A stretch of DNA of 64,000 bases from Archangium sp. (lineage in GTDB: Bacteria; Myxococcota; Myxococcia; Myxococcales; Myxococcaceae), in assembly GCA_047600485.1 (NCBI GenBank), contig JASGKS010000001.1, positions 6,656,259 through 6,720,258 of the forward strand. The letters are read 5' to 3'. Below the pieces are notes generated by a model, which did no database searches, was not told where the DNA came from, and saw only the letters and a program-made list of their open reading frames with translations. Positions 55,382-64,000 of this stretch are shown piece after piece. The translations under genes were made by a program, and so were the position numbers. Position 1 is the first letter of the stretch; each line of letters starts with the position of its first letter.

Positions 55382-56359
55382 ATGTGGCTCACGCTCGCCG
55401 TATCTCTCTTCACCGCGCAGGTTCGTGAGGTTCCGCTCACGAAGTTCAACCAGCTCGCCGACGCGCGCGTGATTCACGCCGTCGCCACGTCGCAGAACGG
55501 ACACACCGTGTCCGTGTGGACGCGCTGGTCCGAGTCGGCGCCGTGCCTCGGCTGGTCCTTCGACGACGAGGGTGAGAAGCCCGAAGGCCTCGGCGAAGTT
55601 CCCTGCCCCGCCGCTCCACCGCGCGGAAAGCGACACCTCTTCCTCGACTCCAAACTGCTCGGAGCGCCGAAGCAGCTCGTGCCCGTTCTCGACGCACAGC
55701 GCGGTCTCGTCGCGCTGCAGTTCCCGCACGCGCTCGGCGTCGCGCGCGACGAAGACGGCACGATGGTTGGCGCGTGGGGACTGGGCGACTTCACGCTGCG
55801 CGGCCTCTCGGTCGGAGAGCACGACTGGCTGCTCTGGGTGCAAGACGCGAAGGGAGTGGACCGTTTGTTCTTCGTCGACCCCGCGGCGCTGACGTCGGGA
55901 GAATTCGGCGACCCCGCAGTCGAGACCATTCCACTCATGAACGTCGGCTTCGGGTGGAAAAAGGAATCGACCAAGCAGCAAGTCGGCCCGTGCACGCTCG
56001 AGCGCCGCGGCGTGATGATGGATGAGCAGACGCTGTTGCTCGACTGGCGCGCGTCGACCTCACGCATCGAGCTGCGCGCGACGAGCGTGAACGGAGAGCA
56101 GAAGGTGTGGAAGCTCGACGCCGCGGGAGGCACTCCGGTCGCCGGCCTCGACGTGCAGCGCGTTCACTTCGCGCGCGACGGCGTGTGGCGACTGCACGTG
56201 CGGTTTCCGTGGCCGGTGTCGCAGCTCTCGCTGAGTGAGACAGACAAGCCGGCGCGGCGCTTGAGCCCGGTGGTGTCTGCGGTCGGCGATTCGATGTGCG
56301 TGATGAAGGACGGCGTGCTGCGCCCTTCCGACTTCACGCTCGATCCACGCTGGCGCTGA
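55382..56359 (+). CDS. secreted hypothetical protein
   Basis: 325 aa. N-terminal signal-like segment. No family. Confidence 0.5.
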   Translation: MWLTLAVSLFTAQVREVPLTKFNQLADARVIHAVATSQNGHTVSVWTRWSESAPCLGWSFDDEGEKPEGLGEVPCPAAPPRGKRHLFLDSKLLGAPKQLVPVLDAQRGLVALQFPHALGVARDEDGTMVGAWGLGDFTLRGLSVGEHDWLLWVQDAKGVDRLFFVDPAALTSGEFGDPAVETIPLMNVGFGWKKESTKQQVGPCTLERRGVMMDEQTLLLDWRASTSRIELRATSVNGEQKVWKLDAAGGTPVAGLDVQRVHFARDGVWRLHVRFPWPVSQLSLSETDKPARRLSPVVSAVGDSMCVMKDGVLRPSDFTLDPRWR

Positions 56360-56387
56360 GAGTTCCCGCGTTACGCTGCGCGCCCTC

Positions 56388-57311
56388 ATGACGGCCCAGT
56401 GTTCGCTGCACCCCGAGTCGGAAGCCATCTCCGCCTGCACGCGCTGTGGCCGTTTCTGCTGTCACACGTGTCTCGTCGAGCGAGACCCGCCGCTGTGCTG
56501 GTCGTGCGCGAGCAGCGTGAAGGACCCGTTCGAAATCCGCGCCCGTTACCTCGACGCGCTGCAGGGCATGTTCACCGCCATCAAGCTGGTGCGCTCCGAG
56601 CTCGTCACCATTCTCCTCATCACGCTGGTGTTCTCGATTCCCGCTTCGCTGCTGCACCTCGCGCTCGAGAACGCGCAGAGCGAGAGCGCGAGCGGCGCGC
56701 GCCAGACGGTGCAGCTCGACAACGCCTACGACGGCTTCATCGGCATCATCGGCACGCAGGCCATCGTGCTCCTCTTCTTCGCGCGCCTCGAAGGGCGTCG
56801 GCTCACGTTCGGCCAGGCGATGCGCGAAGGTGGCTCGCGTTGGGGGCGCGGCGTGGGTACCAACATCCGCTCCGGCTTGTGGACGCTGCTGTTCTTCCTG
56901 TTCCTGATCATCCCCGGCATCTGGAAGTCGGTGATGTTCGCGTGGACGTCGATCGCCGCGATGCGCGTGCGCGAAGATCCACTCCCGTGGTCGGAGCAGC
57001 TGGTGCGCGGCCGCTTCTGGACGACGTTCGGTTACCTGCTGGTGTCGAGCGTGCCGGTCATCATCGCCACCGCCTTCAACCTCGCGCTCAACGCACTGCT
57101 CGACTCACTCGAGGCGCCGTACGGAGTCGGAGCCGCCGGGTTGTTCGTTCAAGACTTCGTGCTCCGCTTCGCCGACGACGCGCTCACCGCGGCGATGATG
57201 GTGTGCGGCTTCGTGATGGTGCACCGCGACGCGAACGTGACGCTGCCCCCGATGGAATGGAACACCGGCACGCCGCCGCTCGCTGATCAGTCGCTCTCGC
57301 GCTCGACGTAG
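56388..57311 (+). CDS. membrane protein with N-terminal zinc-ribbon (CxxC..CxxC)
   Basis: CTRCGRFCCHTCLV..CWSC followed by four or more TM helices. Confidence 0.5.
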   Translation: MTAQCSLHPESEAISACTRCGRFCCHTCLVERDPPLCWSCASSVKDPFEIRARYLDALQGMFTAIKLVRSELVTILLITLVFSIPASLLHLALENAQSESASGARQTVQLDNAYDGFIGIIGTQAIVLLFFARLEGRRLTFGQAMREGGSRWGRGVGTNIRSGLWTLLFFLFLIIPGIWKSVMFAWTSIAAMRVREDPLPWSEQLVRGRFWTTFGYLLVSSVPVIIATAFNLALNALLDSLEAPYGVGAAGLFVQDFVLRFADDALTAAMMVCGFVMVHRDANVTLPPMEWNTGTPPLADQSLSRST

Positions 57312-57736
57312 TCAGCCGCTTCGTCGTCGGCGATTGCGCGCGAGAAGTGAATGATCTTCACCGTAGTGTTCGCCGCGTCCCACCGGCCTTCGACCCACAC
57401 GCGCACCGGCCGCGAACCCTTGCTTACCTGCCGCACGCGATCTTCGAAGCTCACGCCGAGCGCGGAGTCGTTCATCTTCACGCTCAACGCTCCAATCTTC
57501 AGCACCCACGGCTCACCGGGAAAACCACCGGACACGACCGTCAACGGCACGCGGATCACGCCGTTCCCCACGCCGTCGAGCCACGCCTTCAACGGCCCCT
57601 CGGAAGTGATCGAAGGACCCCGCTGTTTGGCCTTCTCGACGTACGGGACCATGCTTCCCACGGGTGCCTCCACAGGGGCCTTTTCGGGGGTCGTCGCACA
57701 ACCCGCAAGAAGGGCCAAAACAAGAATGATTCTCAC
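57287..57736 (-). CDS. lipoprotein, hypothetical
   Basis: GTG start. Lipobox LLAGCAT. 149 aa. Confidence 0.5.
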   Translation of the reverse strand: MRIILVLALLAGCATTPEKAPVEAPVGSMVPYVEKAKQRGPSITSEGPLKAWLDGVGNGVIRVPLTVVSGGFPGEPWVLKIGALSVKMNDSALGVSFEDRVRQVSKGSRPVRVWVEGRWDAANTTVKIIHFSRAIADDEAADYVERESD

Positions 57737-57755
57737 GCGTTAGAACCTCACTTAA

Positions 57756-60317
<2,562 letters not shown>

Positions 60318-60326
60318 GGTCTCACG

Positions 60327-60863
60327 GTGCTCGTCTTCGGCCTCGCGCTGCTGCTCGCTCAGACGCCCGCGGCCGAAGACAAGGAGTACCGCGAAGCGTT
60401 GAAGCGCAACGCCGCCATTCTGAAGCGCGACGCCGAAATGGACGCCGCGTTCAATCGCGAGCTCGCTGACTGGAAAGCCGGCAAGGCGTCGACCGCGTGG
60501 GGCCCGCTCCTCGACGAGCCTGACGAAGTGAGCGCCGGGCACGTGAAGCTCGATCTCTTCGCCGAGAAGGTCACGTTCCGGCCGACGAGCGACGTGCGAC
60601 CGCTCGACGCCACCGAACGCGCGGAGCTGCAGAGCATGTTGCGCTCCGGCGTGTTCCTCCGCTCGCGGCCGTCGCCCGGCAAGTGCGGCTTCAACCCGTC
60701 GCTCGGTCTGTTCTGGAAGAAGGGCGAGCAGCGCGGCTCGCTCGTGGTGTGCTTCGAGTGCTGCCAGTCGCTCGCAGAAAACGTCGGCATCGCGAGCGTC
60801 GACTGTCAGAAGCTCGAGGCGTGGGCGGTGAAGCGCCTGTTGGTGCGAGACCCGAAAAAATGA
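60327..60863 (+). CDS. secreted hypothetical protein with C-terminal CFECC motif
   Basis: GTG start 10 nt after the gyrB stop. Signal-like N-terminus. 178 aa. Confidence 0.45.
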   Translation: MLVFGLALLLAQTPAAEDKEYREALKRNAAILKRDAEMDAAFNRELADWKAGKASTAWGPLLDEPDEVSAGHVKLDLFAEKVTFRPTSDVRPLDATERAELQSMLRSGVFLRSRPSPGKCGFNPSLGLFWKKGEQRGSLVVCFECCQSLAENVGIASVDCQKLEAWAVKRLLVRDPKK

Positions 60864-62293
60864 CGATTCTCCAAGCACGCTTCATGGAACCCGAGGCGCT
60901 CCGCACGCACCTGCGCGAGGCGAAGGTCGACGCCCTCACCCGCACCGCCGACACCGGAGTGCTCGACGACGAAGCCGCGCGCGCGTTGAGCGAGTGCATC
61001 ACCGGCTCGGGGGAAAACGGCGGCGCGCTCGATCTCGACGGCGCCGAAGACTGGGAGACGCGCTTTCTGCTCGTCTCGTCGCTCGCGCTCGCCGACGACG
61101 CCCTCGCTTCGCAGTTGATGGAAGGCGGCTGGCTCGATCGCCGCGGCGTCGGCGCGCACGCCTTCGGCTCGTTGCCGCTGCGCATCGTGAAGCGCCAGGT
61201 GTCTCGCGAGTCGCTGCGCGCCGCGCGCGAAGCCGTGCAGTTCGGGTGGGAAAGCGAGCTGGTGAATCTGCTCGAGAGCGCCGCGCTGCGGGCCGAACGC
61301 GCCGAAGAAGAGCACGTCATCTTGCTGCGCGACCGCGTGCCCGCGAGCTCGAGCGCCGCCAGCACCGAGCACGCCGACGGTGACGACGGCTCTCGACTTA
61401 CTTCCCTGCTCGCGCAGCTGCGCAACCTCGACGGCAGCGACCTCACGCTCACCGTCGGTCTGCCACCCACTGCGCACGGCGCGTTCGGCTCCCGCGCGCT
61501 CGGCGACGACGCGCTCACGCCTGACGACATCGCTGAGCTGCTCGCCAACGCGGTGAGCGCTGATTCGCTCGAGCTGCGCGGGCCATCAGTGCACTCCATC
61601 GCGTCGGAAGAAGTGGGCCGCTTCCGCGTGACGTTGAGCACCGAGCGTGGCTTCCGCGCGGCGACCTTCCGCGCGTTGCCTCGTGTGCCGCCGACGCTCG
61701 ACTCGCTGGGTGTCTCTCCGCTGGTGAAGGCCCCGCTGATGCGGCTCGAGAGCGGGCTGGTGTTGCTCGCCGGAGAGCCCGGCAGCGGCCGCACCACGTT
61801 GCTCGCGGCGCTCCTGCAGCAATTCATCAACGACGGTCGTCACGTCGCGTCGCTCGAGGAACCGCTGGGGTTGCCGCTGCGTCCCGGGCCGGGCGCCGCG
61901 CGACAGTTCATGTTGGGCAGCGACGCCGAGCCTGACGACTTCATGCGCGCCACCAAGCTGCAGCCGCTCGACGTGGTGGGCTTCGACCTGGTCGACGACG
62001 GCCTCGGGCTCGAGCTCGCGCTCGACGCCGCGATGGATGGGCGCCTCGCGGTGTGCGTCTTCCGTGCGCCGAACGTGGCGATGGCCGTGCACCGCGCTGG
62101 AGTGCTCGATGCGAGGTTCCACCGCCTCGCCGAGGGACTCGCGGCGTTCTGCTACCAACGCCTCGCGACCTATGACGGCCGCCGCACGCTCGAGCTCGAC
62201 TTCCATCTGCCGAGCGTCGCGTTGCGACGGCACGTGCGCGCGCACGACACGCCGCCGCCGCCCATCGCGTTCGAGACCGAGTCAGTGGGTTGA
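60860..62293 (+). CDS. hypothetical protein with degenerate PilT/GspE-like P-loop NTPase region
   Basis: Internal Met MTILQARF overlaps the upstream stop (ATGA). It is used instead of the ORF-track start at 60683. Walker-A-like LLAGEPGSGRTTLLAALL in the C-terminal half. Confidence 0.5.
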   Translation: MTILQARFMEPEALRTHLREAKVDALTRTADTGVLDDEAARALSECITGSGENGGALDLDGAEDWETRFLLVSSLALADDALASQLMEGGWLDRRGVGAHAFGSLPLRIVKRQVSRESLRAAREAVQFGWESELVNLLESAALRAERAEEEHVILLRDRVPASSSAASTEHADGDDGSRLTSLLAQLRNLDGSDLTLTVGLPPTAHGAFGSRALGDDALTPDDIAELLANAVSADSLELRGPSVHSIASEEVGRFRVTLSTERGFRAATFRALPRVPPTLDSLGVSPLVKAPLMRLESGLVLLAGEPGSGRTTLLAALLQQFINDGRHVASLEEPLGLPLRPGPGAARQFMLGSDAEPDDFMRATKLQPLDVVGFDLVDDGLGLELALDAAMDGRLAVCVFRAPNVAMAVHRAGVLDARFHRLAEGLAAFCYQRLATYDGRRTLELDFHLPSVALRRHVRAHDTPPPPIAFETESVG

Positions 62294-62941
62294 GGCCGTG
62301 ACGCGCGAGCGCGCGAACTGCCAGCCGAGCACCGCAATCACCGCGTAGACCACCAGCGCCACTGCCTCGGTCGCGCGAATGTCGGGCGGAAACGTGGTGA
62401 ACGGAAACGTGAAGAACATCAGCGAGCCGGCGATGCAGAGAATCGGCAGACCGATTCGTTCCGCGCGCGTGCGGTTGGCGCCATCGCGCAAGTAGAGCCA
62501 CGCGGTGCCGAAGAGCAGCACGTTCTCGACCGTGAACGTCAGCCACATCGAGTGCCACATGCCGAAGCCGAACTTCGGCTCACCGCCGTCGAGGAGCAGC
62601 GGCAGGTCCGGCCGGTGCGCGATGAGGTCGCACACGAAGTGCGAGAAGACGCACGCGGCCATCAAGAGCGCCGCCGCGCGGCCCTGACGCATGACGAGCA
62701 GCGCGCCGAGCAGAGACCAGCCGAGCGACGCCACGAGGCTGTGTGAGTACGGGTAGAACGCCAGGTCGAGCGGCACGACGGCGGTGATGCCCGGCACCAC
62801 GATGGCCTTCTCGATTCCCGCGATGACCATCGAGGAATGGAGGATGTCGAGCCACACCACGGCAATCATCGACTGCCACAGTGGCAGCCGCGGAGTGGCG
62901 CGGCTCGCTGCGAAGGCGACGGCGTAGTGACCGATGATCAT
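62282..62941 (-). CDS. integral membrane protein, possible membrane-bound metal-dependent hydrolase (YdjM/DUF457-like)
   Basis: Multi-TM protein rich in His/Asp (SHFVCDLIAHRPD). Start taken at MIIGHY, which overlaps the upstream small-gene stop by 1 nt. Confidence 0.45.
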   Translation of the reverse strand: MIIGHYAVAFAASRATPRLPLWQSMIAVVWLDILHSSMVIAGIEKAIVVPGITAVVPLDLAFYPYSHSLVASLGWSLLGALLVMRQGRAAALLMAACVFSHFVCDLIAHRPDLPLLLDGGEPKFGFGMWHSMWLTFTVENVLLFGTAWLYLRDGANRTRAERIGLPILCIAGSLMFFTFPFTTFPPDIRATEAVALVVYAVIAVLGWQFARSRVTASTH

Positions 62942-63108
62942 CAGCGCCGACGATACCGACATCGCGCCTCGATGCGCGCGAGCGTCTGCGCCAACAACGG
63001 GTCTTCCTCGAGCTGCTGAACGATGGCGTCCACCAAGCTCGGCGAGGCCATGCGCAGCTTGCGCAGCATCTCTTCGACGTACTTCTTCAACTCCTCGTGC
63101 TCGGTCAT
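62941..63108 (-). CDS. small (55-aa) helical protein, hypothetical
   Basis: MTEHEELKKYVEEMLRKLRMASPSLVDAIVQQLEEDPLLAQTLARIEARCRYRRR. The ATG overlaps the upstream gene stop (ATGA) and the stop overlaps the downstream ATG. Confidence 0.35.
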   Translation of the reverse strand: MTEHEELKKYVEEMLRKLRMASPSLVDAIVQQLEEDPLLAQTLARIEARCRYRRR

Positions 63109-63635
63109 CACAGCAGAATCACCAGGCCGAGCGTGACGCTCAGCTGGTGCCTCCACGGGCGATTGAGTTCGACGAACACGTCGTATGAGCCGCGCAGCGA
63201 GAGCGCGAACGATTCGTGAAACACCCAATCGATGCCCACCGATGGGCCCGCGCCGAGCCCCCACACCGCGGAAGGCTGCGTGAGGAGAATCGTCCACGTG
63301 AGCTGGGCTCCGGCCCACGGGCGGAACTGCTCTTCGAGGAAGAGGTAGCGAACGCCGAGGCTCAAGCCGGTGCCGAACACGCGCCCGACTCCACTGGGTG
63401 TGTCGGCGCCCGCCGGCAGCTCGGCGATGACGGCCGGAGCGCGAGCTACGAATTCAAAGCCGCTCTCGAGGTAGCGGTCGAACTCGAGCGCGAGCCCGTA
63501 CTGCGCGCCCTGACCGATGACGGTGTTGATCAGCGGGCCAGCGCTGAGTGAGGAATTGTTGAATTGCGCCTGCGCGGCGCTTCCTGCGAGGCAGGTCAGC
63601 GCGGCGAAAAGTCTCAGCTTCGTCTTGAGTTCCAC
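63108..63635 (-). CDS. small outer-membrane beta-barrel-like protein
   Basis: GTG start with GGAG 7 nt upstream. Signal peptide LRLFAALTCLAGSAAQA. Amphipathic beta-strand pattern. The N-terminal 70 codons of ORF 63108..63842 are Arg-rich and discarded. Confidence 0.45.
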   Translation of the reverse strand: MELKTKLRLFAALTCLAGSAAQAQFNNSSLSAGPLINTVIGQGAQYGLALEFDRYLESGFEFVARAPAVIAELPAGADTPSGVGRVFGTGLSLGVRYLFLEEQFRPWAGAQLTWTILLTQPSAVWGLGAGPSVGIDWVFHESFALSLRGSYDVFVELNRPWRHQLSVTLGLVILL

Positions 63636-63866
63636 GTTCGTCTCCGTGGCTCGCGGGAGAAAGTGCGAGCACGGGCGACGACGGGAGCAGGCTGCGGCAC
63701 GACGACGAGTTCTTCGAGCGCGTTGGTCACCGAACGAACGACGCTGCGAACGAAGGAACGCAGCCAACCGGTGGAAACGAAGCGCACGAAAGAGGTATCG
63801 GTCGGGCACCGACACGAGTTGCGCGCGGGTCTGTAACCTCATTGATCATTCGCACGTAGGAGCGTC

Positions 63867-64000
63867 ATGGGCTTCCTCGTACTGCTCGCCGTCGCCGCCA
63901 ACCCGCCGGAGCTGGGCAAGGTGAAGTGGGAACGTGACTTCGACGCAGCCGTGCGTCGCAGCAAGGAAACGCAGAAGCCGCTGCTGGTGCTCTTCGACGA
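63867..64000 (+). CDS. thioredoxin-fold protein, 3' end truncated by the window edge
   Basis: MGFLVLLAVAANPPELGKVKWERDFDAAVRRSKETQKPLLVLFD.. resembles the N-terminus of DsbD-like/thioredoxin-family proteins just before the CxxC motif. The reading frame stays open to the window end. Confidence 0.35.
   Translation, partial: MGFLVLLAVAANPPELGKVKWERDFDAAVRRSKETQKPLLVLFD

Overview
This is a roughly 70% GC chromosomal segment with no rRNA, tRNA, CRISPR array, transposase or integrase genes. It is most plausibly from a myxobacterium (Myxococcota). That inference rests on a MopE-type Cys/Asp metal-binding motif, two AgmX/PglI-type C-terminal domains, two eukaryotic-like Ser/Thr kinases, FHA domains, a sigma-54 enhancer-binding protein, and many lipoproteins with LxxC lipoboxes.

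About 56 protein-coding genes are supported. Recognisable housekeeping genes are katG, mogA, dcd, a long acyl-CoA dehydrogenase, a MoxR ATPase and gyrB (TTG start). A stomatin-like gene is cut by the window start and a thioredoxin-fold gene is cut by the window end.

The window is dominated by signalling and envelope modules:
- A GIN-domain lipoprotein, ECF sigma, anti-sigma and caspase-like (C14) protease operon.
- A collagen-like lipoprotein, a Ser/Thr kinase with an N-terminal anti-sigma zinc finger, a sigma-70-family factor and a lipoprotein, all co-directional.
- A second Ser/Thr kinase transcribed divergently from an FHA-containing sigma-54 activator, followed by a response regulator/histidine kinase pair.
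- A second ECF sigma (paralogous to the first) whose anti-sigma is fused to FHA and PglI/AgmX TonB-like domains.
- A Castor/RCK-like channel translationally coupled to a Kelch-repeat protein.
- A MoxR ATPase next to a 1934-aa Ig-repeat lipoprotein.

Non-coding structure includes five copies of a roughly 45-nt GC-rich hairpin (CCCTCTCCCC / GGGAGAGGG), mostly placed over ribosome-binding sites. There are also four MITE-like inverted-repeat elements in two families, an AT-rich perfect 20-bp hairpin, and in-frame coding tandem repeats (15-bp GGT linker, 18-bp DAGTxQ, collagen GXY).

Other notable items are a knottin-like six-cysteine secreted peptide downstream of mogA, a probable frameshift in a methyltransferase gene, and several small ORFs missing from the ORF track.

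Coordinates that I derived by hand for non-ORF features may be off by 1-2 nt.
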